From: Camelus ferus
Lineage: Eukaryota
Direction: 5' to 3'
Assembly: GCF_009834535.1 (NCBI RefSeq)
Contig: NC_045697.1
Span: forward strand, 108,812,001-108,876,000
DNA length: 64,000 nucleotides
The notes beneath the pieces are model-generated. The model was not told the origin of the DNA and searched no databases. It saw only the letters and a program-made list of their open reading frames with translations. A program made the position numbers and the translations under genes. This document shows positions 37,142-50,240 of this stretch, piece after piece (the stretch's first letter is position 1; every line of letters starts with the position of its first letter).

Positions 37142-37926
37142 TAAAACCCTCAAAAGCGGTTGCCAGATTTGATACTCCAGAATTCTCTGAAATGGAAAGG
37201 GAAGCGAGAGAAAAGATAGTTGTTTTATAAAATAGAAGAATGCAGCTTTACATAGGAATATTTAAACCTTCACTATAAAGTATTATCTTTTTTCCTAATA
37301 AAAATTTTAAGCGGGAATTCAGAAATATTTTAAATGTTCTTTAAATCCCAAGAAAGAACAACCATATTATAAGCTGCCTTTTCCTTCAAAATGCTCATCT
37401 TGGGAGTCAGATCAGGTGCTCTGTGAATGATTTTAATTATTGATGGTAACTAATCAAGTCAGATTTTTTTTTTCTCAGCATTTACCAAGATACTGCAGCA
37501 GGCTAAGGACTTCAACATCATTTGGCGTGTAGGAAAAAAACAGAAAAGATCTCCTTGCACTTTTTTAATAAGTTGACTTCAAATGGGGAGTGGAAAGTAC
37601 CTCCAATCTTTAAGGCAGTTTATCTGCTCTGATGCTATTGAATATAGGAGCGGGCTGTGCTGGACCAGCCTCCGCAGTCTGCCCCCAGTTGGGCCCACTG
37701 CAGAAAGCAGGGCCGTCTGGGCAAAGGTCAAAAGGAATTTCCTTCCTCAAGGAGAAGCAAAGTCTTCTTTATCAGTTCTATTTTTCCTACCTGATCCCCA
37801 CAGTTTTGTCTAATTACTTAAGCTGCAAGCAGGTCATTTTCAGTTGTAAAGACTTTTATATAAATTGCTAAATAGCGTGTCATTTGTACTGGCCGCCTGT
37901 CCTGCAGAATGTCTTCGTGTTCCTTA

Positions 37927-38156
37927 TCTCAGTGGTCCTTAACCAGACCAACTTCGTCCCCCAGGGACATGTGGCCATCTCTGGAGGCATCATTGGTTTG
38001 CAGGACTAGGGAGCAATGGCAGGTACCAGCACTGAGTGGAGAGATCAGGACCAGGGATGGTGCTACCCTTGATACACAGGACAGCCTCCACCCCCACCCC
38101 GGCCAACAAAAATTATCCCATGCAAAGTGTTCCTAATGTTAAGGTTGAGAAACCCT
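37927..38156. mobile_element. MER20-like element
   Basis: CAGTGGTCCTTAACC...CCCCAGGGACATGTGGCCATCTCTGGAGGCAT...CCAGGGATGGTGCTA...GGTTGAGAAACCCTG. Confidence 0.85.
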
Positions 38157-38786
38157 GCTTTATCTGGTTTTGTTAAAAAGAAAATGATTCTCAAATATCT
38201 CTTGAGAGCCATCTCGGGAGAGGGGCAGCAGACAAGAGAGGAGAGCAGAAAGTCACACAGAGCACTTTAGGTTTTACTTAACACCTGTTGTGCTCACTGC
38301 AACCATGTGTTTTAGTATTTTCTCCATTTGTGCAAATGAAGGAATAGGCTCCATGAACACGTCACTTGTTTGGGTTGGAAAGTGACAAATCTGGAATGAA
38401 CCCAGGCCAGTCTGGCCTGAAAGCCTTTGGTGCTCTCAATTATGTGTTACATGTGCTGAAAACTCAGCTGGAGTGTAATAGAATGAACCTCAAAAACCTG
38501 GGTCCCTAGTCTTTATTAAGTCCTTCCCATGCCATGGACAGAGGACCCAGGTTCTCATACGAGATTCCATCTAGCCTAACTCTTTGTTGCTAAAGTGGCA
38601 TACCAAAGAAGTATTAGGTTGTTCTAGGGGAGCAGAAATGAACTGAGGAGAGAAAAATGAATCTGTATGAAGATACTAAATAATAGCACAGTATATTGTA
38701 GCAAAGTGTATTGAATTGAAATAAGAACACGGTATGTTGAGAAGCGTTGAATTATTTGGCATCAACAGTAAGTGCTCTGGCTATGT

Positions 38787-39280
38787 ACAGTAGCCAAGAC
38801 ATGGAGATAACCTAAATGTCCTTTGACAGATGACTGAATAAAGAAGCTGTGGTATGTTTATACAATGGAATACTACTCAGCCATAAAAAAGAATAAATTA
38901 ATGCCATTTGCAACAACATGGATGGACCTGGAGATCATCATTCTAAGTGAAGTAAGTCAGAAAGAGAAAGAAAAATACCATATGAAATCACTTATATGTG
39001 GAATCTAAAAGAAAAAAGACACATATGAACTTACTTACAGAACAGAAACAGACTCATAGACATAGAAAACAAATAGATGGTTAAGGGAGTAAAGGGGGTG
39101 GGAAGGGATAAATTGGAAGTTCAAAATCTGCACCTCCTGGGGAGTGATGGAAATGTAAGCTATCTTGATTGTGGTGGTGGTTTCATAGGTGTATACATCT
39201 ATAAAATTCATCAAATTGTACATCTGAAATATGTGTAGTTTATTGTACAGAAATTATACCATAATAAAATTGTTTTTAAA
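38787..39280 (+). mobile_element. Young L1 fragment (about 38787-39131) abutting an older L1M-type 3' end (about 39135-39280)
   Basis: ACAGTAGCCAAGACATGG...GGGATAAATTGGAAGTTCAAAATCTGCA, then GTGATGGAAATGT...TATCTTGATTGTGGTGGTGGTTTCA...AATTATACCATAATAAA. Confidence 0.85.
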
Positions 39281-39479
39281 AATCTAAAAAAATATAAAAG
39301 ATAAAAAATATTCTGAAGTCAAGACTTGCATTCTAAAAAATATATATAAAGAGGAGTTTGCAACAAGTAGGAGAGGCAGACAGGAGGAGGAGAAAATCAG
39401 ACTCAGACAGCGGGCAGAAAATATATAAAGACATACAATATGAATAATGGAGCTCCTAGTAGAAATATGTATAAGAAAG

Positions 39480-41545
39480 AGAGACAGCACAAAAGAAGCA
39501 GAAATGAATTCTGCATGGGAGGAGATATCGGTCTGAAGAGGGTTTTAAAGGATGACTAGGAGCTGACCAGGCAGAGAGCAGGGAAGGGCCTTCCAGGCAG
39601 GGGAAGACACCACCTTGTGAAACAGCAGGGTGTGTCGGGTGATGTAAGTGGAAGGGAGGAAGTGGAGAGGAGACGAGGTGATCTGACTCAAATATTGGCC
39701 CCTTTGTCTGTCATATAAGTGCTGGGACTTTATCTGAAAGCAGTGGGGAGTCACCAAAAAGTTTTGTAACAGGGGAATGAGAGGATCAAATTTGTCTTCA
39801 AGGAACATAAATGTGGAAGCAGGGGGTGGGTCTCGAGGAGGCAAAAGCCGTGACCGGAGGAGAACTTTTGAGACAAGTGGGATAGTCTAGGCAAGAGACA
39901 GTGAGAGCCTGAGATGGGGAAACTGCCCTGGGAGTGGGGAGGATGGGTCAATACAGTAGCAATGAAGGAGGTGATGATAATCACAACAATAAAAATTCTA
40001 GTTAAAATTAAGAGAACTATTGCTATATACTAAACACTGTTCTAAGGCTGTTAAGTGAATTATTTCATTTTATTAATTCACTGAATAAATATTTGTTGGC
40101 CAGATACAGAACCACGCAATAGGATACAGCAGTGGATAAAACCAACAAAAAGTCCTTGCCTTCATAGCACTAATATTCTATTAGGAGAGACAGACAATGA
40201 ACAAGACAACAAATAAAATTTGGTAGCATGTTAGATGGTGCTAACTGCTCTTAAGGAGAAAAAAATAATGCAGGAAAGGGGAAACAAATATTGTGGAGCA
40301 GGGTAAAATTTTTAAATAGCAGAGCCAGGCAAGGCCTCAGTAAAAGGTGAGACTTGAACAGACTTGAAGAAATGAGGGAAGTAGGCACAAAGGTATCTCG
40401 CACAGGCGACCTCCATGCAGAGTGAGTAGCATGTGCAAAAGAGGCAGGGGGAAGCTGTAGCTCAGTGGTAGAGCGCATGCTTAGCGTGCATGAGGTCCTG
40501 GATTCAATCCCCAGTACCTCCACTTAAATAAATAAACAAACCTAATTACCTCCTCCCCTTAAGAAAAAAAAAAGGCAGATAAAAAAGAGAGGCAGGAATG
40601 TACCTGGTAAGTTCCAGTAACACTGGGAAGAAGAGTTTGGCTCTTAGTGAATGAGGGGAAGAGAAATTGGAGATAGGCTAGAAGCAGTAATGGGTCCTGA
40701 TCTCGCTGGATCTTGAAAGTCATAATAAGGACTCCAGCTTTTACTCTGAGTAAAACGGGAACTGGAGCAAACTGAGCAGAAGAGTGACATGACGTGACTT
40801 AAATTTTAACAGGGTCACTCCAGCTGATTTTTGAGAATAGATTGCAGGACAAGGAAGGGCAGAATCAGAGAAACCGATGTAGGGCTGTCATCCAGGAGAG
40901 AAATGATGGTGGCTCAGAACAAAATGGGTGCGGTGGGGGTGGTGAGAAGGGATCCTTTTCTGATGAGAATTTGAAGGTAGAGTCAATAAAATTCGCTGAT
41001 GGATCAGATACAGCATGTGTGTGTGTATGAGAGAGAGAGAAAGAGACAGAGACAGAGACAGAGAAGAGAGAAACCAGGGCTATGCCTCAGGATTTTGGCT
41101 GAGCAACTGGGAGAAATGGGATGCCCTTTAACCGATATGGGGAAGACTGCAGGGGGTCTTGTAGGGAGTTGTTTTTGGAGGGAGGTGGGTATCAGGAGTA
41201 GGTATCAGGAGTTCACTTTGGGACCTGTTAAATTAGACATGTCAAGTTGGCAGTTGGATATACTGACCTGAACTTCAGGGGTGCAGTCTGTATGGGAAAT
41301 AAAAACGTAAGAATGATCAGCATATAGGTGATGCGTAAAGCCAGATGCGATCAACTAGGGAGTGAATAAATAAAAGAAGGGGTCCAAAGACTAAGCCCCT
41401 AGCATTCTGACACTCAGAGGTTGAGGAGTTGAGGAAGAAGGAACCACTACAGGAGATGAAGATGGAGCAGTCAGATGGGGGAGGAAATCCAGGAAGGGTG
41501 CTGTCCCGGAAGCCAAATGAAGAAAGAGTTTCATGGAGGGCGGTG
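39480..41545 (-). mobile_element. LINE-2 fragments (long L2a-like piece about 40075-41545), antisense, with a SINE inserted
   Basis: ATTCACTGAATAAATATTTGTTGG (antisense L2 3' end)...GGCAGTTGGATATAC...GAAGCCAAATGAAGAAAGAGTTTCA are L2 motifs. Confidence 0.8.
40447..40587 (+). mobile_element. Full-length tRNA-Ala-derived (Vic-1-type) SINE
   Basis: TAGCTCAGTGGTAGAGCGCATGCTTAGCGTGCATGAGGTCCTGGATTCAATCCCCAGTACCTCCA plus AAATAAATAAACAAACCTAATTACCTCC tail. The TSD AGAGGCAGG lies at 40440-40448 and 40588-40596. Confidence 0.92.
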
Positions 41546-43224
41546 TTGGAAAGATCATCCGTGTGTAACTTAAAATTGCTGAGACTTAAGACAGGGGTAA
41601 CAGTGGAGAGAGAGAAGGTGAGATGGGTATTGAAATCATCAAAAAATGATACGAATGACTGGAGACCAAGTGTTACAGGCTGGTGACAAGATTGTCACAG
41701 CTGAAGCAGCAAGGAGCAGCCCCAGGGGCCCCGTCCCACCGTCGGTCCCTGTGAGAGGGCATCCCGCCCCACTGCAGAGGATGCAGGGGAAGCCGTGTCC
41801 CCAGGGGACAGAGCCAAGTTTCAGTCAGGGAGAGGAAAGAAACACTCAGGGGAGGCAGACGGGAAGGAGGACTTTACTGATGATTGACCCAAGTTCCAGA
41901 GGGATGGCGAAACGGTTTCAGGAGATGGGGAAGGGTGCCAAATGAGGTCAGCAAAGGGGGTGGGGATTAGACTCCCAGGCTCGAAAGATGACCTGCAAGT
42001 CCTGGGTCTTGTGGGGATGGACATCAGTGGGGACAAGGGACTCGAGGGGTCAGAAGGCAAAAAGCAAAGGATCTGGGGGTCTTGACAGGAGTTGGACAGG
42101 GTCTGGGCTCCACCTTGGTGGCTGTTGGGAGAGGGGCAGTCTTACTTGGAGCCGCACCCTCTCTTGGGCCTTACTTAACCCACACAACACTGTGAAGTCG
42201 GTGCTGTGGTTATTCTCATTTTACGAAAGAAGAGACATTCAAAAAACAATGAGCACGTAAAATCAACAGGACTTGGTGAATGGAGGCTTACACTGCAGGC
42301 TGAATCCAGTCTCAATCACCAGTAAGGAAGCTGAGAAGGAGGCTTTTGGGGTTGTGAAAGAGGAGTGAAGACGGGACTGGGAAGTGGATTCCTGCTTAAC
42401 AGGTTTTGAGTTGAAGGTGCAGGCAGAGGGGATTGACAAGTGGAAATAGGTTGAAGATGATGAGAAATATAGAAGTAGGCTTGGTTTATGTGTCAGAGCA
42501 GGAGCGGTTGATTTGGAAGTCAGCAGTCCCAGCCAGAAGAGAGTTTTCAGCCTCAGATCTTCCCCGGGTAGAGGTCTTACTACCACAGGAAAAACAGAAT
42601 TGTTTCCTAGGGGTGAGAAACAAGAGGAGATTAGAAGTGGATTTCAATTTAGGAACTTGATAAAATCCCAGCTGTTGCCCTCAAACCACCCATATAATGC
42701 CTTTTCACTTGGCGTGTTCTGAAAGATCCTCTCTCAATTTTACTGCTGGTGTAAGGCTCATGCTTTTGAAATATTGCTTTAACAGTGACCTCTAGTGTTA
42801 CAAAGCGATCTCTGCTAACCGATGAGACAGTCTGAAAAATGAAATTTCCCTCAACCTTAGAGTCATTGCATAGATTTGTACTGCCAGGAGGTACCTTAAT
42901 AAATTATTCAGTCCATCTCTCTGCCTTCAGGGAGGACATCATTTGAACAATTCCAGGTCACTTCCCTTCAAGGCAGATGTAATGGAGCTTCAGAAAGTTC
43001 AGAGAATGGCAACTAGAGTAAACAAGGAGAGAAATGTACTTTCCTGTGAGAACAGTTTCTCTCTTTTATTTTATTAAGAAAAATACACCACAGACTAGAA
43101 CGCTGATATGTACGAAACACTGAGCTAATAGAACAAACCTCCAAGTGTAAGATCTCTTTGAAACCATGAAGAGATAGTGTAATACTGGCTACAACTTTTG
43201 AGCCTTTGGTCCATGCCAAGTATG

Positions 43225-43380
43225 CCTAACCACCCTTGAGGTAAGAACCATTATATCTCCATTTTACAGATGAGGAAACCGAGGTATAGCAATCAGTTAG
43301 TTAACCAGGGTGACACAGCTGGAAGGGGGCAAAGTCGGGATTGGAACCAGGCTTCCTGACCCCCAAGTCTGTGCTCCTAC
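43225..43380 (-). mobile_element. MIR SINE
   Basis: CCATTTTACAGATGAGGAAACCGAGG...GACACAGCTGGAAG...GGATTGGAACCAGG. Confidence 0.85.
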
Positions 43381-44379
43381 CCTGCAGAAGCGGCAACCCT
43401 GGAATAAACAGGAATTCTAACTTAGATATAGGATACGCATGAATCAGTAAATTGGCAAAGGCTAAAAATATAAATTTGTCCAAGAAAAGGGTGGATGTGC
43501 GCATGGCAGTCTGGGAACGACTGGGATGTTCAGGCAGTGTTTCTCAGTCCTAGCAAACCTCAGATCGATGGACCCTCAGAGAAGAAACCCCACACAGACT
43601 GAGACATCTATTTCCATCTTTTAAAATCCTCACTAGCAGATGAATCCTTCATGTTTAATCTAAATCCTTCCTGTTGATGCCCATTTTCTTTTCTTCTGTC
43701 ATCAGTGAAGGTAGAAAACAGGTGTCCATAATCCTCCCTCACCTTTTCCTTTCCAGCGATGTCAAGCTCCAGCCTTCTGGGCTACCCACCTTCACACTAC
43801 CCAGCCCTCCATCCTTTCAGTATTGCCGTTGGTCTCGTGGTCCATCCTGAGGCTATAATGTGTCTAATGGGAGCATTTTCAATCCTAAAGAGAAGTTTGT
43901 GCCTATGTAATTAATAAATCATAAAAATGTCTTCCTTCATAGTATTTACACAGTGTTTCTCATTTTCAAAGGACTTCTGCACACCTTATCCTGCTTGATT
44001 CTCACGAATTTATCCCTGTTTAACAGGAAAGAAAGTGAGGCTATGGGAAGTGGAATGATTTGCCTAAGTTCCCATAAGGGACTAGTGGGAAGAATAACAA
44101 GGTTGACAAGAAAAGAGGCTGCGTGGTATTTGATGACTCAGAGAATCAGAGAGAATGTTTTTAGGAGTCGTGTAAGGGTTGGAAAATAATCCTCTTTGCC
44201 TTTTCTGTTTGTTTTGGTAGCTGTCCCCAATTGGTCAGAGAAATACCTAGCAAACAAAACAAGTACGGCTTCCCTTTCTGGTCACCTTTGGGGGTTTCCT
44301 TTTCATAGCTGGAGCCCAGAGCCACTCCTTCAACTTGTGGGACTTAGGTAGCTGCCAACTCAGTGCCACCTAATTATTA

Positions 44380-44530
44380 TTATGGTGCCAGACTCTGTTC
44401 CAGCCACCCTATAGGTATCCACTCTTGGGATCTTCACAACAACCCCGTGAGGTGGGGGTTATTTTTAACTCTCATGTTACAGTTGCGGAAAGAAGCACAG
44501 ATAAGCAATTTGCTCAGGGTCTTACGGGTA
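44380..44530 (-). mobile_element. MIR SINE
   Basis: GATCTTCACAACAACCCCGTGAGGT...CATGTTACAGTTGCGGAAAGAAGCACAG...AATTTGCTCAGGGTC. Confidence 0.7.
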
Positions 44531-45959
44531 GTCCTGGTCAATACGAAGGTAAAGTTTAAGAAAAAGCCGTCTCCATCCTGCTGTCAAGCAGTAAGTATCC
44601 ATCACAGACTATGACCCACTTTGATGCTGTGGTGGCAGGACGAGCATGCATCCTGTGACGCATGAGGAGTTGGGGTCTCAGCGAGATTAAGCTGTTCGGT
44701 GTTCAGAGTGAGGCAGGGCTGATACTGGCTCACATCCTCCAATGGTCATACCAGTTGTTAAAATGGTAAAATTTTCTGTACAGGTTGGCAATGCCGTTGC
44801 CTCAAGCCCCACAAGAATTCCCATTCCTCTTGCTGTCCAGGCTTCTCCCCTGCAAGCCCTCCAGATCGTCCTTTAGCCTGGTGACTCCAGGGGTCCCTGC
44901 TCCAGCGATGGTTTCACCCGACCCTGGTAGGCTCCCTCTGGAAACTGGTGTCAGGGACATGGTTGGGGGCGGGGTGGCAGGTAAGGGAGGGGGCTGTAGG
45001 AGAGAGGGCAGCCAGGACAGGAGACTTTGAGGGATGTCTGCTGCATAGCTGGTTTTGCTTCTTCTCGGCAGTATTACCTAAAGGACAAAAATAGGGCTCA
45101 GAACAGCAGAGGAAGTACCTTCTCTGGTTTCACACCACTGGGAGAAACTCTAGGTGTCTGAGCAAGGAGCCAAGGCTATCTGTGCTGCTGGAGGACTTAG
45201 CAGAGGGAGACCCGCATCTGGGGAGAGCCAGAGGGCTGGAAATGAAGACTGAGATCTCTCTCCTTTCTGTTTGGTGGATCCATGGCGATACTTATGCATG
45301 AAACCCTCCCATGCCATGCCACGCCCTTACCTGGGGCTCCAGAAAGATGTGTGTACTTTTTTGACTAAGTTATGATGTGAGTTGTTTAAAAAAACGAACA
45401 GTGAGTCTCCTTTCAGCCTTGAATTTAGTAGGGGATTACTCCAGCTCCAGAGCAGACATGCAGGGGTCAGGGAGGTGTTACCAAGTAAGTAGGCATTGTC
45501 TCGGTAAGAAAGAGAGTCTCTGAGATGGGCCAGTAGTTATAAATACCAGCGGCCAGTGCCTGTAGGCTGATGTAAGAAGATGAACAGTAGAAAGAAAGAC
45601 AGTCTTAGAAAAGACCTGAGAATGACCGATGCTTCCAGGTGTAAAACCTCTGAGTGAGTTCTGAGCCTCAGGCGTTACGTGGGAAAGGGGGCAGCAGACG
45701 AGGCACCTGTCCGCCTGTGCAAACACTCCCCGGGCACAGGGAAGCAACCAGAAGCAAAACCAGGCTAAGCGGCACAGGGTGAAGCGTCGAGATGATGACA
45801 GATGACCAACAGACGGAGCCTGAAAACTAGCAAGGAGTTTGCGAAGGAGTGTTACTTAGTCCACAAAGCGATCCCACAAAGATTCGCTTGTTGAGTTTAA
45901 TAACCTCATTCTTGCCAAGGGTATAGCAGACAGAGAATTGAGTCATAAAAAGCAAAAGA

Positions 45960-46983
45960 TGTTTTTGATTACTTTCCTAGGGCCACTAACTCGGTGGCTT
46001 AAAACACAAAAATGTATTCTCTCACGGTTCCAGAGGCCAGAAGTCAAAAGTGAAGGTGCCGGCAGGGGGCAATCTTGTTTATTCCAGCTTCTGGTGGCTC
46101 CTGGCTCGCTGTGGCTTGTGGCAACGCCACTTCAGTCTCTGCCTCTGTCTTCACCTGGTCTTCTTCCTTGCGTGTCTCTTTGTGTCCTCTCTTCTTCTGA
46201 TTTTTATTAATTTTTTGTGTCAATTTTGTTCTTCCAATTTTTTTCCATTTCTTTTTCTTTTTTGGGGGGGTAATTAGGTTTATTTATTTTTATGTTTTAT
46301 TATTATTTTCTTTTAATGGAGGTACTGAGGACCTCATGCGTGCTAAACACACCCCCTACCACTGAGCTACATCCTCCCTCTCCTCCAGTTTCATTGTGCT
46401 GTAACTGACACAGAGCATTTAAGGTGGACAGACTCATGATTTGACTTACATACATCATGAAACAGTTACCACAATAAGTTGAGTGAACATCCATCATCTC
46501 CTATAGATACAAGATTAAAGAAAAAGAAAATAATCTTTTTTCTTTGTGATGAGAACTCAGGATTTATTCTAACAACATTCATAGATAACATACGGTGGCA
46601 TTAATTACATTTCTCATGTTGGACATAACACACTAGTCCTTAGGTATCTTGTAACTAGAAATTTGTACCTCATGACTGCCCTCATCCAGTTTCCCCTCCC
46701 TCCACCTCCTGCCTCTGGTAACCACATATCTGATCTCTTATACTGTGAGTTTTTTGTGGAAGGCCAATTGACCTGCAACACTGTGTCAGTCCCCGATGTA
46801 CAGTCTTTCCTCCTCTGATGAGAACACGAGTCATGGAATTGAGGGCCTGCCCTCAATCCAGGATGATTTCATCTCAAGATCCTTAACTAATTACAGCTGC
46901 AAAGATTTTCTTTCCAAATAAGTCCACATTCTGAGGTTCTGCGTGGACATGAATTTTGAAGGGACATTACTCAACCCACTGCA
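45960..46983 (-). mobile_element. MLT1B/C-like MaLR LTR interrupted by an antisense L1 3' end (about 46202-46807), which itself carries a SINE
   Basis: GGTGGCTTAAAACAC...CTCTCACGGTTCCAGAGGCCAGAAGTC...CCAGCTTCTGGTGGC and, after the insertion, CATCTCAAGATCCTTAACTAATTACAGCTGCAAAG...CATTCTGAGG. The L1 is bounded by TC(T/C)TC(T/C)TCTGAT repeats. Confidence 0.85.
46245..46378 (-). mobile_element. tRNA-Ala-derived (Vic-1-type) SINE lacking its T-arm hairpin
   Basis: GGGGGGGTAATTAGGTTTATT...AATGGAGGTACTG joined directly to AGGACCTCATGCGTGCTAA...CACTGAGCTACATCCTCCC. Confidence 0.88.
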
Positions 46984-49900
46984 ATGTGTGACCCACTGCA
47001 GAAAATGGACAAGGGGGGAGACAATGCATTGACAAGATGGGAAATTTATTTACTCTTTGTGATTCCTTTTTTATTCCTGCTACAGCTAATTATCTAACGG
47101 TTGTCAACAATTAAAAGCAAATTTGTTTCGGAAACTGGGAGTCTTGTGCGTAATGAGTTTTCTTGTCCTGACCCTCTAGCCCTGAAGGTGCTATGTGCTC
47201 CTGTGCTGACTACCTCAGATAACATCAAGGACTATTAAACCACTATTTTCACATTAAAAAAAAAAAAACTTGACCTTCATCCATATCCTGTAGGACAGTG
47301 TTTCCCAGATGCACTGGTCCAAGGGAAATTTTCATCTTTCGCCGTAAACCCTGCGGGCCCTGAGCCTCCAGCCGCCCAACCTCAGCCGAGAGGAATCACT
47401 GAGCAGGACCTTCTTATGGGAACCTGCGTCGCACCCTCTAGATTCTTCAGAACCCAGTAAGGATAAGTGTAGCAGCAGCGCTGTCAGTGAACTTGCTTCA
47501 GCTTACACAGAATATTCCATATTGAGAGAAATGCCATGAGGAGGGTTGCTTCCATTTTTGTCAGAAACAGAGAAACAGAGTTTAACAGTGAATGATGAGG
47601 CAAAATGTGAGAATACATTGAAAATTTTAAGCTCTATTTCATGATATCTCATTGAAAATATAACCCTAAGCTGATAAATGTGTATCAAATTAACAATTAT
47701 ATAAATATAATATTGTAAAATGAAATTTCATACCACAATTCTTCTAAATTCAAACACTATGTATGTATTTGTAAAATTATATTTCATCGCTGTTTGTTGT
47801 CAGCCTACCAACTGACTTTTATGCTGTGTCCTTTTTACTTCTTGGATGTCAAATTATTATTTCCTTTATGAAGTAACAGTACAAATAGATTTCTGCCTCA
47901 CACAATTTGAAGAGAGCAACTTTTTCTTGGTTCTGTACCTTAAAAAAATTTACCAAATGTATTTTATGTTTCAATGATTTATTAATCTATTGCTTTGGAA
48001 CACAAAATGATTACAGAAATAGACTGCAGAATATAAAGGTAATTCACCATAGGAAAACCTGTCATTTAAAAGTCAAAATTAAAGGGTATATTGGTTAAAA
48101 TATTATTATCTGTATTGTTTCGCTTTAAAGTAAGAGTTTGCACTTGAGAGAAGGTGCACAAGGGATGTCCTTTACACAATAAATTCCTGAAGTGCACTTA
48201 TAATATGATTTCATTTTATATTTAAATCCAAAATTTCAAGAGTATAGCTGCCTTGCAAATCAAATTGCTTTGCTGCTGGTAGGCAAAGTATTCCATCTGC
48301 AGCACTCTCCTGTGCCGCCCACCCGACCTCTCCCCGGGCACCTTGAGATCGGGCAGGAAGAACTGCAGAGTGGGGAGCCACACCCACACTGGACATAGTC
48401 ATTCTGCTCAGGACGTCACCTTTTCTTCTCCCAGGGCGTCTTCTGTGATTGACCACCTCGTGACAACTGACAGCCACGGCAGGGCCGCTGGATGGTTACC
48501 ACCATCACTTTCGGATGTCAGAAGACTTCAGTCCTCCTTCAGAAGGAAACCCTCACCCCTCCCATTGAAAGGAAGTGTTGGATACCTACTCTGTCCAAGG
48601 TGCCCAAGGGGAGTGGCTTACAGTCTAAGCATGTTTTATCCTCGTTACCTCTTTGATGTTTCTTCTGTGGAACTGCTTCTGTGCTTCTCTCCCTGTATAC
48701 TTAGGGAGAAATTTGAAACTTTCAGTTGCTTTACTAGGAATTGTTTCTGTCAGCTGCTTGTCATTAGAAGAGCACTAAATCAAATCGTCGGCTAGTCTTT
48801 CTGAATATTTCACGCTTTTAGAAACCAAGGTCCTATTCATTGCATTTTATATGTTTTTGAATTACAACCAGAGTATTTACTCCTCTCTAGTACAAAGTCA
48901 TATTGTAAGAGATATGTGTGTACCATGGTTGACTGGCTTTCTGATTGACTTTCATAGAAAGTTAACCATGTACTTACATATGCCGCTATAGGTATATGCA
49001 TATCTCTGGCCGATTCCCCGTGAAATCTTTTATTCATCCCATGAAGACACATAGTTTAACTTGATGCATCAAACTGCTTGAGCCCTGTGTTCTGAAGAAG
49101 GAGCTGACATAGATACAAGGAGGGCAGGGGTCTAAAAAAGATGAAAAACACTTAGTTTCTTCCTGGTTTTTCTTTTGCTTCTGCAATTCATACATAAAAT
49201 ATATTATGCCCTTGGAAGTGGCCTCTTTTTTTTTCTCTCTCTCTCTCCCCTCCTACCATCATGTCAGAGCCTCATATATATCATAGCGTGAGCCGGATAT
49301 AAGCATCCTTCTGGGTTGAGCTGGCCGGTAAATTAACTTAAGCTAAATGGATGTCTGCCCAAGACTGTCAGCTCTGTCAGCCTTGTCAGCCTCCTCCACA
49401 GACATTTCATTTCACTGTGGATGACATTTCATTTCATTCTCAATACCATTTCATCTCCTTGCAATGCATGAAATTTTTCAGTGAACAGCAGACTCACTGG
49501 CCCTTCTGAAGCTGACAAGGATACTTGTACGCCCCAGACAAGTCCAATAATTCAACACTGCTTGGCGTCCCTTCCAGTCTCTTCCAAGCTTGTCTGCACT
49601 TCAGAGGCTGAGTTCTTAAGAAGGAGCACCTCTCCCACCTGTGCTCCCAAACCTGGACTTAAGGCTTCATTATAGACACACACCGTCAAGGATAAGCTGT
49701 CACATGAAGGTCCTTAACAGGCTAGTCGCACAAAGGTCATCTGGGAATCAGAAATCAATAGACATTTTCTGAGCACGTATAATGTGATCAGGGTGTTGGC
49801 CTGATCTCAGAGTCACCTTAGGAGCACATGATCACTACGTGCTTTATGATAAGAAGTCTTCGACCTAGAGTCCTAACATGGCAGCTTTCTGGAAGTCTTC

Positions 49901-49984
49901 TAGAAATATACCAGGGGTCTAAGTTCTCCCGACCTCTTCAGTCCAGATACAGAATCACCTTTGCACACAAGTATGTCTTGAGGT

Positions 49985-50240
49985 CCCACTACGTGCCAGA
50001 ATTAGATGTTGTTAAATGCTGAGAATACAATGTGGAAAAAGATGGGCGTGGCTTAACTCCTCATTGAGATTATTGTCTGGTTGAGGAGCTAGACAAGAAA
50101 ACTATGAAGAAAAGGGGCTGGGGAGTAGAGAATGCTGTGGGAGCACACAGGAAAATAATCCCTTACATAGGTCTTGGGAATCAGGAGGGCTTCCAAGAGG
50201 AAGCAATATTAAGCTGAGACCTGAAAGGTGAGTAGAATTT
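49985..50240 (-). mobile_element. LINE-2 3' fragment
   Basis: CACTACGTGCCAG...TCAGGAGGGCTTCCAAGAGGAAG...AAGCTGAGACCTGAAAGGTGAGTAGAATT. Confidence 0.7.

Noticed and set aside
40447..40522. tRNA-Ala(AGC)-like sequence as a true tRNA gene (likewise 18665-18738 and the other copies)
   Set aside because: It has extra 5' bases, mismatched stems, the SINE tail, an A-rich end and a TSD, and about ten diverged copies occur in 64 kb. These are SINEs. The CCC 'anticodon' in the 18665 copy is mutational decay.
48343..48795. 150-aa ORF with a nearby acceptor-like site at about 48434
   Set aside because: Non-ATG start, no recognisable similarity and no matching donor identified.
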